DNA from: Candidatus Poribacteria bacterium
GTDB lineage: Bacteria; Poribacteria; WGA-4E; WGA-3G
Direction of reading: 5' to 3'
Length of the DNA stretch: 64,000 nt
Assembly: GCA_965197475.1 (NCBI GenBank)
Contig: CBDANF010000003.1
Location: 1,536,001-1,600,000 of the forward strand
Numbering within the stretch: position 1 is the first letter of the stretch; each line of letters begins with the position of its first letter. The position numbers and the translations under genes were made by a program. Below the pieces are notes generated by a model. That model was not told where the DNA came from and made no database searches. It saw only the letters and a list, made by a program, of their open reading frames with translations. Positions 40,894 to 51,321 of the stretch are shown piece after piece.

Positions 40894-42927
40894 TCAAAAC
40901 TTTATCGTCAATTCACCAAGGAACTGCCGCGCTTGATTGCGGCTCCCAAAAACCTCATAGAGATCGCCTGAGACATCGTAAAATTTGCGGATAAAATTGC
41001 GGCTTGTTTCAGCAGGATTGAGGTCCGCATAGCGGAACCATAAGTTCGTCCGTGACCAGATATCCCAATTGATCTCAAAAACTGTTGAGTTGGCATCGCC
41101 AGTATCAATTCTGTGCTGTTTATTTAGATCAGGAAAAAGCGCGTCCTGTGTCAAATCTGAGGTGCCGTCAATACGTCCAACGGACAAGTTTAATTCCTTA
41201 TACCGATACGGATTAGGATTGGTGATATACTTCAAATTTACAGCAAACGCATTTTCTAACGCCTGTGTCTCAAAGTCAAAACTATCCTCTATTTTGGCAG
41301 GGGTAGTATACCGCTCGTCCTGTTCTCCATACGTCAGTTCATCAAGGAAAGTTAAATGCCACCGTTCAGAAAGACTATACGTCCACCCGAATAGATTTTT
41401 AAGTTCCAACTGATTAAGCTCATCTTGGACATCGGTTGAAAAGTCAATGTCTTCGTAATCTTCCAAATAGTTGTTACTAATATTAGCGACGCGGGTACTA
41501 TAAAAGCCGTTCATGTGAGAAGGTTTTACAGTAAATCCGGTGACAGAATATTGTGTGATGGTGAAATCGCTGGTGTCTCGCAGGTAGAGATAGCCTGATG
41601 AGTCAAAATCAAGAAAAGTTAGGTCGTGCTTTTGCTCACTCAGCTGGTCTGTTTCATAAATAATTCGTCCAATATACCTACCGTTATTGTCAAATTTCTG
41701 AACGCGTGAGATAACGTTATGAAAAAGTGTCAGTCGGATGTCTGCCCGTTTTAGTTCTTCAGCGAGTTCCTCATCATTTTCTGTTTTTTCATCGTCAAAA
41801 TACCGACGATATTCTGCTTCTTCAAGCAGCCGCAAACGTCTGTTTAGAGAAGTCGCATCATCTGCTGCTGTAGGATTTTGAGCAAACGGACCGTATTGCG
41901 GACGGGTCGCATTCGTAATCGTATCTGCAAGATCAGCTTGACCGGGCGTACTCTCCGTCAACTGCGTTAATGTTGGCGAAAGCGCGATAACCTCAGGCAA
42001 TCCGCCAATTTTCCTACGGAATCGGCTTGCATCCTTAACTAAAACCTCACCTGTCGGCAGTGCAACAAGTGCCATCGGTTTGACAAACTCACCGTTATTC
42101 CGTCCTTTTTTGCCAAAACTATGGACAAAATTTCCATCAGTATCAAATTTAACAATGCGGTGATTTCCTGTATCTGCAACAAAGACGTTTCCGCGAGCGT
42201 CAATTGCTATGTCCGCAGCGTCTCTATCAAATTCACCCTCTCCCGCGCCATACTGACCGAATGTCCGTATTTTTTTGCCATCGGCACCGAACTTATGGAC
42301 ACGTCCCCGTTTTGAGTCCAAAACGTAGAGTTGGCTCTGAGTATTGACAGCAACGCGGAGGGCACGGTCGTGTCCAGTAGGTTGTATCCCGAATGCTGTT
42401 TTACCATCTATATCTACCATTAGTTTTGCGGGTAAAACTACACCTGGGCGTTCGTCAACAGGGTCGACAAAATAGGTATGTAAAAGTTCACCTGTTGCAC
42501 TGAATTTGTAGACACATGGGACAAAAATATATATTTTCGGGTCGGTAGTTTCGGCAATGTGGTGTGCGGTTACATCTGCGACATAGATATTTCCGATGTC
42601 ATCTACAGCGAGGTGTCCCGGTTTCCGTAAAATATTATTGGGAGATTCTGGATCCGCAGGGATTTGTAAGAGAAATTCCCCTGTCGGTGAAAGTTTCTGA
42701 ATAAGCCGATTTTCTGTATCACTGACGTAGATATTCTGTTTAAATGCAAGGTGAATGTCTTTGCTAAAGGCACCTTGAGATGTTCCTTTGCCTGAAAATT
42801 CACGTTCTAATTTAACAAAATCTACTGCAAAAGCAGAATTTAAATATGCGATTTGAAAAAGGAGTGTAATTGTGAAAAAAAGCAGGATGGAAAATTGAAA
42901 AGTTTTCGTGGCGATTATTTTATTCAT
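40894..42927 (-). CDS. Exported NHL-repeat protein with a probable C-terminal beta-barrel
   Basis: Signal peptide; YVSD/YVAD/FVAD..NHRI NHL repeats; alternating hydrophobic strands ending in GELTIKF. Confidence 0.8.
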   Translation of the reverse strand: MNKIIATKTFQFSILLFFTITLLFQIAYLNSAFAVDFVKLEREFSGKGTSQGAFSKDIHLAFKQNIYVSDTENRLIQKLSPTGEFLLQIPADPESPNNILRKPGHLAVDDIGNIYVADVTAHHIAETTDPKIYIFVPCVYKFSATGELLHTYFVDPVDERPGVVLPAKLMVDIDGKTAFGIQPTGHDRALRVAVNTQSQLYVLDSKRGRVHKFGADGKKIRTFGQYGAGEGEFDRDAADIAIDARGNVFVADTGNHRIVKFDTDGNFVHSFGKKGRNNGEFVKPMALVALPTGEVLVKDASRFRRKIGGLPEVIALSPTLTQLTESTPGQADLADTITNATRPQYGPFAQNPTAADDATSLNRRLRLLEEAEYRRYFDDEKTENDEELAEELKRADIRLTLFHNVISRVQKFDNNGRYIGRIIYETDQLSEQKHDLTFLDFDSSGYLYLRDTSDFTITQYSVTGFTVKPSHMNGFYSTRVANISNNYLEDYEDIDFSTDVQDELNQLELKNLFGWTYSLSERWHLTFLDELTYGEQDERYTTPAKIEDSFDFETQALENAFAVNLKYITNPNPYRYKELNLSVGRIDGTSDLTQDALFPDLNKQHRIDTGDANSTVFEINWDIWSRTNLWFRYADLNPAETSRNFIRKFYDVSGDLYEVFGSRNQARQFLGELTIKF

Positions 42928-43125
42928 GCTTAACCTTTGCTGTTTTTGTTATATAATACCAGTTATCTGTTTGGATGTCAAGGGTGAAATTAAATGGTGC
43001 AAAGCGGGAGCCTAATTATCTTATCCGAATTATATTGCGTAAAAACGTCCAAAATGTTATTATTGTCTTATCAAGATTTCTTGATCGTAATACCTTCTTC
43101 CATATTTGCCAAGGAGGAAATTGTA

Positions 43126-43969
43126 ATGAAAAAACTATTGTTTCTTCTAATACTAATGATGGTTAGCATTACGATGAATGTCCTTGCACAATCTTCCACT
43201 ATAGTGACAGATGGATTGATAAGTTATTGGACGTTTGACAAACAAGATATTACGAACGGCACAGTTAATGATGTCTGGGGTAAAAACAACGGTGCGATTG
43301 TTGGAGATCCAAAAATTGTTGACGGTCAGGTTAGGGGTGCATTAGAATTTGATGGTTCAGACGATTATGTTAACCTGACTAACCTCGGCAATTTTGGCAG
43401 CCATGTCGGCTCATCAACATTCGAAGCATGGGTCAAAACAGACTTCAAGAAGGATTGGACAACACTTTTTAAAGTTCTTGATGATGGTTGCAATATGGCG
43501 TGGGCACTTGATGTCAACCGAAGTGCGAAAGCCGGTTTTCTTTTTGCTCAAGATATTGTTCACTACTATGTCCGTCATCAAGCTGCCGCAGGATGCATTG
43601 ATATTGCTGTTGAAATTGAGTTCGAACTATCGGATGGAAAGTGGCATCACGGCGTTTTTTGCGATTGAGGATGCGGGTGAACCAAAAATCAGTATCTATA
43701 TGGATGGCAATCCACAGGAAGTAATTGTTGGGAAAGAATCAAAGTTAGATAACTTTGTACCGTTTGTGCGACCTGTCTATATCGGTGCAGCGAACAATCG
43801 TGGCAACGTAGAAAGGTTCTTTCCCGGCGTGATTGATGAAGTCCGTATTTACGACCGTTCCCTCACAGCAGATGAAGTGATCCAGAACTTTGGATCCAAA
43901 GTTGGACTCGGTGTTGAACCTACAGATAAATTGCCGATTATGTGGGGAAAACTGAAATCAACATTTTAG
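43126..43969 (+). pseudogene. LamG / concanavalin-A-like exported protein with a +1 frameshift in a T6 run
   Basis: GLISYWTFD, ALEFDG, WHH, IDEVRIY and C-terminal VEPTDKLPIMWGKLK; frame switches at 43655-43660. Confidence 0.85.
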
Positions 43970-44107
43970 GTATACTCATATTCCTCAACCGGTAATTTGG
44001 AACTGACTATTTTTAATTATACCACGAGACACCACTTAAACATTAAGACATCTTAATCGTCTTAATTTTACAAAATTACATATAATTTGGGTAGGAGGAA
44101 TAAAAAT

Positions 44108-45424
44108 TTGCGTTATTGCAAACCGATTTTTTATCGGCTATTTATCTTTTTTCTTTTAGTTGCCATTCCGATGTCCGCAACCGCCAGCGATTGGCCAAGT
44201 TGGCGTGGACCAAATCAAGATGGCACATCTGCAGAAACAGGGCTAATATCTAATTGGTCAGTTGGAGGTGAAAACCTTCTTTGGCAAGCAGATTTTATAG
44301 GACGTTCCACACCGGTTGTGCTCAACGGCAGGGTCTACGTCATTGGGCGCGTCGGCGAAGATATTACGCAACAAGAACGTATCGCATGTTTTGATGCAAA
44401 AACTGGCGATCTTGTGTGGAATCATCAAATTAACGTTTTTCACACCACAATTTCTTTCAATCGAGTTGGTTGGACAAACCCTGTTGGCGATACGGAAACC
44501 GGTAATATTTACATACACGGTGTCCAGGGACTTTTCATCTGCTTCAACAAAGATGGAGATATTGTTTGGTCACGTTCACTCACAGAAGAATATGGACGAA
44601 TATCTGGCTACGGCGGACGTGTTCACACCCCGATTATTGCAGGCAACCTTGTGGTTGTCAGTTATCTGAACGCAGGTTGGGGCGATCAATCTATTCCACG
44701 ACACCGCTATTTTGCTTTTGATAAACGGAACGGCGACCTAATTTGGGTCTCAACACCTGGTGGTAGACCGCTTGATACGACTTACTCTACCCCAGTAGTT
44801 GCGCAGATTAATGGGCAAATGCTCATCATCGGTGGCAATGCTGACGGTGGTATCTACGCTATGAAACAAACCACTGGAGAGATGGTTTGGGGATTTAAAC
44901 TGAGTAAGCGCGGTATCAATACGTCCGTGATCATTGCTGGCACAAAGATTTACGCTACACATAGTGAAGAAAATGTAGATACCACTGAAATGGGACGTGT
45001 CGTCTGTATTGATGCAACTGGCACGGGGGATGTCACCAAATCACATGAAGTTTGGCGATATAATGCTGTTAACGTTGGATATGCTTCCCCAACGCTCAAA
45101 GATGGACAACTCTACGTCGTTGATAACTCAGCGAATATCCATTCTCTGAATCCTGAAACCGGTGAGGTCTTATGGCAGCACAGTATTGGAACCGTTGGAA
45201 AAGGTTCACCTGTCTGGGCCGATGGGAAATTGTACGTTACCGAAGTCAACGGTAAATTTCATATCCTTCAACCGGGGGCGGACAAATGTGAGTCATTGAG
45301 TGTCCAAGAAATCAACCGAGTAAGTGATGATCAATACGTTGAAATCTACGGTTCGCCCGCAATTGCCGATGGACGTATCTATTTCACAACAGAAGAACGG
45401 ATCTACTGTATCGGGAGGAAATAA
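44108..45424 (+). CDS. Exported PQQ-binding-like (BamB-like) beta-propeller A
   Basis: Signal peptide, DWPSWRGP and repeated (S/T)P...G.lvW blades; TTG start after AGGAGG. Confidence 0.9.
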   Translation: MRYCKPIFYRLFIFFLLVAIPMSATASDWPSWRGPNQDGTSAETGLISNWSVGGENLLWQADFIGRSTPVVLNGRVYVIGRVGEDITQQERIACFDAKTGDLVWNHQINVFHTTISFNRVGWTNPVGDTETGNIYIHGVQGLFICFNKDGDIVWSRSLTEEYGRISGYGGRVHTPIIAGNLVVVSYLNAGWGDQSIPRHRYFAFDKRNGDLIWVSTPGGRPLDTTYSTPVVAQINGQMLIIGGNADGGIYAMKQTTGEMVWGFKLSKRGINTSVIIAGTKIYATHSEENVDTTEMGRVVCIDATGTGDVTKSHEVWRYNAVNVGYASPTLKDGQLYVVDNSANIHSLNPETGEVLWQHSIGTVGKGSPVWADGKLYVTEVNGKFHILQPGADKCESLSVQEINRVSDDQYVEIYGSPAIADGRIYFTTEERIYCIGRK

Positions 45425-46377
45425 TGAAGAAAATTTGTTTCACAACAAGGCAGATAGATTGTGTTTTCGGACAATATATGTTATACGCAAGCTTGATAAT
45501 CTGCCTTTTTGCTGTTGGTTGTGCCAGTAAAGAGATTGCCACGTCAACAATGAGTACTGAACCAGCTGTCGCACTTCTGCTCACTCCTGCCGAAACTATT
45601 ACATCTGGTGACCCTGTTGAATTCAACGTCACCGGATTTGATGTAAACGGAAAACGGACAAGCGCAATTGGTCCAATAGAATGGACGCTCACAGGTTTAA
45701 AAGGCACGGTTAAAGATAGTAAATTTATCCTTGATAAAAGTGCTGGAGCACATGCTGGTTCAGTCACTATACAATCAGGCGAGATGATGGCGACATCACG
45801 AATTCGTGTAATCCCACCACTGCCGTGGTCAGAAGACTTTGAGGCGGTTGAACTTGAAAAAATTCCTACACACTGGATCAGTGCGACTAGCAAATTTTTT
45901 GTTCGTGAAAAAGATGGTAATAAGGTGTTAGTTAAAACGCCTGTCCAGCGTGGCTTGAACCGTTCTAACGTTTTTCTCGGCCTTTCGAATATGAAAAATT
46001 ATCAAATTCAGGTTGATCTGATGGGAACAAAGGACCGCCGCCGACTACCAGATATGGGCTTAATTGCAAACCGATATACATTGGACATGCAGGGTAGACA
46101 TCAACGGCTGCAAATCCGGTCATGGGCATCCGACTTACGTATGGCAAAAACGATAGACTTTTCTTGGGATGTTGATATCTGGTATACCATGAAGATGAAG
46201 GTAGAAGTTATCGCTGATAAAGCGGTAATTAGTGGTAAGGTGTGGCGCACCGGTCAACCTGAACCGAATGAATGGACGATTACTGCCGAAGACCCGCTTC
46301 CAAATAGCGAAGGTAGTCCTGGCATCTACGGTTATTCCCCAACAATAATCTATTACGATAATTTAAAGGTATGGTGA
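45424..46377 (+). CDS. Putative lipoprotein with Ig-like and beta-sandwich domains
   Basis: Overlaps the upstream stop; lipobox AVGC; PWSEDFE...GSPGIYG...YDNLKV. Confidence 0.7.
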   Translation: MKKICFTTRQIDCVFGQYMLYASLIICLFAVGCASKEIATSTMSTEPAVALLLTPAETITSGDPVEFNVTGFDVNGKRTSAIGPIEWTLTGLKGTVKDSKFILDKSAGAHAGSVTIQSGEMMATSRIRVIPPLPWSEDFEAVELEKIPTHWISATSKFFVREKDGNKVLVKTPVQRGLNRSNVFLGLSNMKNYQIQVDLMGTKDRRRLPDMGLIANRYTLDMQGRHQRLQIRSWASDLRMAKTIDFSWDVDIWYTMKMKVEVIADKAVISGKVWRTGQPEPNEWTITAEDPLPNSEGSPGIYGYSPTIIYYDNLKVW

Positions 46378-46380
46378 TAT

Positions 46381-47973
46381 ATGATTTTAGAAAATAGAAG
46401 CGGTGCCAAAGGCATCGCGACGCTTGCAGGTGTGTTGGGTAAACACAATCGCTTTTTAGGTGGTACGGCAAAGACATTTAATTTTTCCGGATCCTGCCGA
46501 CACACCTCAGCACAGAACTTTAACAATGGATTGCGTTTATCTTCGCCAATCCTTTTTATCTTGATGTTCGGGATGCTTTTTAGCTTTGCCCTGTCTGATG
46601 TGGCGGCTGAAAAGGAAATTGCTTTGTGGGGAGGCTCATTAAGCCGTAACATGGTCTCAGATGAGAAAAATATCCTCGCAAATTGGGATCTTGAAACTGG
46701 TAAAAATATTAAATGGACTGTGGACCTCGGATCACAAAGTTACGCGGGTCCCCTCATCAGCGGTGGCAAGATTTTTGTCGGAACTAATAACGAAGCACCA
46801 CGGAATCCAAAATTGACAGGTGATCGAGGCATCATCATGGCATTTAACGAATCCGATGGAAAATTTCTGTGGCAAATCACCCATACGAAATTGCCCTCTG
46901 GACGCGTAAACGATTGGCCGCTACAAGGTATCTGTTCAACCCCGTTTATTGAAGGCGATCGGTTATACTACGTTTCTAACCGTTGTGAGGTTGTCTGTAT
47001 TGATACCGAAGGATTCCTTGATGGCGAGAACGACGGTCCCTTCATGGAAGAAGCTGAAACAAGCAAGATTGATGGAGACATCATCTGGAGTTACGATATG
47101 ATGTACGAGCTGGATGTTTTTCCGCACAACCTTGCTACCTGCTCTCCACTTGTGGTCGGTGATCTGCTCTTCTTGGAAACAAGCAACGGTGTTGATGAAG
47201 GACATTTTCACATTCCTTCTCCGGATGCACCGAGTTTTATCGCATTGAATAAAAACACTGGCGAACTTGTTTGGGAAGACGCATCCCCCGGCGAAAATAT
47301 ACTACACGGACAGTGGTCAAACCCTTCTTATGGTGTTATCAAAGGTGTGCCGCAGGTTGTTATTCCAGGTGGCGATGGTTGGGTCTATGCGTTTGAACCG
47401 GAAACCGGCAAGATCATCTGGAAGTTTGACTGCAACCCAAAAGATACTGTTTGGGAACTCGGTGCAAGGGGTACACGAAACAACATCATCTCAACACCTG
47501 TCGTGCATGATGACAAAGTTTTTTTAGCAGTTGGGCAAGACCCAGAGCACGGTGAAGGCGTGGGACATCTCTGGTGCATTGATGCTTCACAGACAGGAGA
47601 TATTACTTCTACTGCCTCCATCTGGCACTTTGGTGATGAGCAATTCAATCGCACGATGTCAACTGTTGCTATCCATGATGGACTTCTTTATATTTCTGAC
47701 CTAAGTGGATTCCTCTACTGCTTGGATGCAAACACTGCCGACCTTTACTGGATACACGACACCTACGCTGCTATCTGGGGTTCACCTTATGTTGTTGATG
47801 GCAAGGTCTACCTTGGCGATGCAGATGGCGATGTTGTTATCCTAAAAGCAGGTAAAACTAAGGAAGTGCTGTTTGAAACTAACATGGGCAGTGCTGTTTA
47901 TACGACACCTGTAGCAAAAGACGGTGTGCTTTACATCGTAACTCGTAATCGGTTGATTGCAATTGCAGAATAG
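46381..47973 (+). CDS. Exported PQQ-binding-like beta-propeller B
   Basis: WGGSLSRNM, GICSTP and WGSP blades; true start may be downstream. Confidence 0.9.
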   Translation: MILENRSGAKGIATLAGVLGKHNRFLGGTAKTFNFSGSCRHTSAQNFNNGLRLSSPILFILMFGMLFSFALSDVAAEKEIALWGGSLSRNMVSDEKNILANWDLETGKNIKWTVDLGSQSYAGPLISGGKIFVGTNNEAPRNPKLTGDRGIIMAFNESDGKFLWQITHTKLPSGRVNDWPLQGICSTPFIEGDRLYYVSNRCEVVCIDTEGFLDGENDGPFMEEAETSKIDGDIIWSYDMMYELDVFPHNLATCSPLVVGDLLFLETSNGVDEGHFHIPSPDAPSFIALNKNTGELVWEDASPGENILHGQWSNPSYGVIKGVPQVVIPGGDGWVYAFEPETGKIIWKFDCNPKDTVWELGARGTRNNIISTPVVHDDKVFLAVGQDPEHGEGVGHLWCIDASQTGDITSTASIWHFGDEQFNRTMSTVAIHDGLLYISDLSGFLYCLDANTADLYWIHDTYAAIWGSPYVVDGKVYLGDADGDVVILKAGKTKEVLFETNMGSAVYTTPVAKDGVLYIVTRNRLIAIAE

Positions 47974-48032
47974 GAAACGGCTTATACCAGAATCATTTGG
48001 GGTCTCTTTCATATCTTGAGAGGTACTATCAC

Positions 48033-48638
48033 ATGGCGTATAGTAACTTTACTTTACCAGCTGCACGGGCAGCATTTCAATTACAAGAGATTGATACCGC
48101 TGGCATCTTTTCTGATGTAGAACCGCTGATCCCGAGTAAACTTCTTACGGCACTCTTAGCGCGAAATATACCACTAGCCACCGCTATCGGCACCGAGAAA
48201 GCGAAGTCAGAACTGATTGTCGCCAATGTACTTGTTGAACTCCGTGAACAGTTAAACCATCGCGTCAGTCTCTTTTCAGGGATTGATTTCAACGTTGATG
48301 ACGAGAATGGACTGACCGGTGTTTGTGATTTTGTGGTAAGCCTTTCACCAGTCCAATTTCATTTGGAAGCACCGATCATTGTCCTTGTTGAAGCAAAAAA
48401 CGATAATCTTGAAATCGGGCTTGGGCAGTGTGCGGCAGAGATGGTTGCTGCCCAACGCTTTAATGCCGAACAAGGGAATGACATTCCTCGCGTTTATGGT
48501 GCTACCACGACAGGCGTTCTTTGGCGGTTCCTCAAATTGGAAGAGCAGAAACTACACATTGACATGGCAGTCCACTCAATTGAGCGGTGTGACAAAATCC
48601 TCGGTATCCTTTCAAGCATGGTGACACAAAAAGCCTGA
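48033..48638 (+). CDS. PD-(D/E)xK nuclease-like conserved hypothetical protein
   Basis: MAYSNFTL, EKAKSE, GVCDF, VEAK, GQC and YGATTTG. Confidence 0.75.
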   Translation: MAYSNFTLPAARAAFQLQEIDTAGIFSDVEPLIPSKLLTALLARNIPLATAIGTEKAKSELIVANVLVELREQLNHRVSLFSGIDFNVDDENGLTGVCDFVVSLSPVQFHLEAPIIVLVEAKNDNLEIGLGQCAAEMVAAQRFNAEQGNDIPRVYGATTTGVLWRFLKLEEQKLHIDMAVHSIERCDKILGILSSMVTQKA

Positions 48639-48779
48639 GTCTGCTTACTGAGCAAGACTTATTGAAACTAACATAAGTAGCCTGTTTATACGACACCTAT
48701 AGTCAAAAATGTGGACTTTATATCGTAATACGTAATAGTTGATTACGATAAAAGAGAATGAAGTGGCTTGGATAACATA

Positions 48780-49051
48780 ATGTATACCAGCCAATTGGAA
48801 TGGGATGACTACCGCGTTGAGCATATCGCAAAACCTGATGTAGAACCTCATGAAGTATGGGAAGTCTGTAATGATAATTCCCATATAGCTGGCATCAAGG
48901 ACGAAACCGCTATCTTGTTTATGGACAGACCATGGATGGACGATATTTATTTGTAGTATTACAGCAAATCCAAAGGTCTGTCTATAAACCAATCACTGCT
49001 CGGAATATGACTGATCGCGAAAAAAGCAATTTTAGGAGGCTCCGAAAATGA
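48780..49051 (+). pseudogene. BrnT-like toxin with a one-base frameshift
   Basis: LEWD...HI in one frame; RYLVYGQTMDGRYLFVV...ITARNMTDREK in the next; stop overlaps the antitoxin ATG (ATGA). Confidence 0.8.
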
Positions 49052-49305
49052 AAACGTTGCAGGTGCCGGAATTCTCGACTTATGAAGAAGAAGCTGCTTT
49101 TTGGGATAACTTGGACACCGCCGATTTTATGGAAGACGATGGGCAGTGGTTCCAATTTGATACCAATAAAGTGATTCGTGTAGCAATTCTTCTGGAAATC
49201 GCTGAAGAGCTGACGAAAAAAGCGAATGCACAAGGTGTCTCAATTGAAACCTTAGTCAATGTTCTATTGATAGACCATATTAAGGAGTCAGCTACGACAA
49301 ATTAA
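49048..49305 (+). CDS. CopG/BrnA-like antitoxin
   Basis: VPEFSTYEEEAAFWD followed by an RHH-like C-terminus. Confidence 0.82.
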   Translation: MKTLQVPEFSTYEEEAAFWDNLDTADFMEDDGQWFQFDTNKVIRVAILLEIAEELTKKANAQGVSIETLVNVLLIDHIKESATTN

Positions 49306-49338
49306 CTACTCAAATTTGGAAACGACAAGCAAAGGAAG

Positions 49339-50436
49339 TTGCGTAAAAGACTTTTAAAGCAAATGAACCTTTCTCAAAAAATTGAAAATGCCCGAACAGC
49401 ACTTGATACGCACGTGCGGGAAATTGTCAACTGGCACTTTAGTCTAGAGACCGGATGTCCCTTCTGGTTGGAATTCGCAGAAAATTTGGATTTTGATCCG
49501 CGTAAAGAGATCGGTGGTTATACCGATCTCAAATGTCTTGGTCGCTTTCAAGACGAATGGCTTCGTGGTGGACCAGTGCGCCGATGGGTCCCCAAGGCAT
49601 ACGCAGACAAACCGGTATACGTTTTTGAAACCGGTGGATCAACAGGCATTCCGAAATCACGCATCAGCATTCGCGATTTCCAAATCGATTATGAGCAGTT
49701 CAGCAAAACGCTTTCTGATGATGGCTTTCCACCCGGTAGCGATTGGTTGATGTTAGGTCCCACCGGACCCCGGCGGTTACGGCTTGCAGTTGAACATCTC
49801 GCGCAACATCGTGGCGGCATCTGTTTCCTTGTTGACCTTGACCCGCGTTGGGTGAATCAACTTGTCCGTTATGGAAAACATCAGGAATTGGACGTATACA
49901 AGAACCACGTTATCTCTCAAGCACTGAACGTCTTAAAAGCACATGAAAACGTTCAGTGTCTTTTCACTACGCCGAAATTGCTTGAGGCTTTGTGTGAGAA
50001 AATTTCATTACAAAAAGTCGGTATCAAAGGCATTTTTTGTGGTGGCACCGAGATGAACGCCCAATTTCACCGTTTTGCTCGCGAAGAACTTGTGCCGGGC
50101 ATTGATTTTGTCCCAACCTACGGTAATACGCTGATGGGTTTGGCCACTTGTAAACCTTTTAATCCCGTTGATAATTATACGATTGTCTATTATCCTCCGC
50201 AACCGCGTGCTGTCATAGAACTGGTAAATCCGCAAAATTCGGATGAGTCTGTTGATTATGGCGAAACCGGACGCGTGATGCTCACGACATTGACAAAAGA
50301 GTTTTTTGTTCCTCGATTTCTTGAGCGAGACGAAGCGGAACGCGCAAAACCGATTCCGGAATACCCTTGGGATGGTGTTGAAAATCTGCGTCTGCTTTCT
50401 GAACTGCAAGAAAGTGTTGTAGTAGGAGTCTATTAA
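49339..50436 (+). CDS. Truncated ANL-superfamily adenylating enzyme (EhpF/GriC-like)
   Basis: TGCPFW, ETGGSTGIPK P-loop, YGNT and LERD; only 365 aa. Confidence 0.78.
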   Translation: MRKRLLKQMNLSQKIENARTALDTHVREIVNWHFSLETGCPFWLEFAENLDFDPRKEIGGYTDLKCLGRFQDEWLRGGPVRRWVPKAYADKPVYVFETGGSTGIPKSRISIRDFQIDYEQFSKTLSDDGFPPGSDWLMLGPTGPRRLRLAVEHLAQHRGGICFLVDLDPRWVNQLVRYGKHQELDVYKNHVISQALNVLKAHENVQCLFTTPKLLEALCEKISLQKVGIKGIFCGGTEMNAQFHRFAREELVPGIDFVPTYGNTLMGLATCKPFNPVDNYTIVYYPPQPRAVIELVNPQNSDESVDYGETGRVMLTTLTKEFFVPRFLERDEAERAKPIPEYPWDGVENLRLLSELQESVVVGVY

Positions 50437-50504
50437 ACTTCATGTAACGATTTTAGTTAAGTCATCTTTAGAACGAATCTTGACTATAAAAGAGGAATCT
50501 GAAC

Positions 50505-51206
50505 ATGCCAACAAAAATTGAAAAGGTCTTTCGGTCCCCCTACGCAGTTCCAAACGGATTGCAAGTTACAGATGATGGTTTGTGGATTGTTGACCAGATT
50601 ACTGACAGAGTTGCTTTAGTTGAAATCACCTGTGATCCGGACTATCATGTGCCGAAACTTATCCATGACATTCCAAGCGATTCCTCTAACACCAGCGGTA
50701 TGGCATTCGGTGGAGGGACGCTCTGGTTAGCTGCAAATGGTCCAGGTGATCGCTGGCGTGCTGTCCGCGATACAGATGCCAAACCGGGTACGGGGGAGAT
50801 ATTTCAAGTTGACCCTGACACAGGTGAAACACTTGGGTGCTTTCCTGTCCCGGAGGGCGGCGGCACACACGGTGTGGAATATGATAACTACGATGAAGGG
50901 CATCTCTGGGTACAAACGCTTAAAAATCAGGAAATTCATAAGGTCAGGATATCTGATTGGTCAGTTCAACACACGTTACCTTTACCCTACGGCAGAGCTC
51001 ATGGCACTGTCCGAGTTGACGACGGACTTTGGGTTACCCATACCTCTGATAGACTTATCGTCAAACTGGATCTTGAAGATGGCACCATCCTTGATCAGAT
51101 AGACGTGTCAGAGAATTGCCCTGAACCACACGGTTTATCCATCTACGGTGATGATTTTCTCTATTGTGATGCCGCCTCTGGATGGGTCGCAAAGATTACA
51201 AGGTAG
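50505..51206 (+). CDS. Small cytoplasmic beta-propeller hypothetical protein
   Basis: Repeated PNGL/SGMA/THGV/AHG/PHGL blades; no signal peptide. Confidence 0.75.
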   Translation: MPTKIEKVFRSPYAVPNGLQVTDDGLWIVDQITDRVALVEITCDPDYHVPKLIHDIPSDSSNTSGMAFGGGTLWLAANGPGDRWRAVRDTDAKPGTGEIFQVDPDTGETLGCFPVPEGGGTHGVEYDNYDEGHLWVQTLKNQEIHKVRISDWSVQHTLPLPYGRAHGTVRVDDGLWVTHTSDRLIVKLDLEDGTILDQIDVSENCPEPHGLSIYGDDFLYCDAASGWVAKITR

Positions 51207-51321
51207 TAGTCACACCATCGGGTTAGAAACCCCTCCCACGATAACATAAGGTAGTAATCATACTCTCTTGTGAGAGCGGTTTTCAACCGCGATATGGTCA
51301 TTATGTAGAAACCTAACAACA

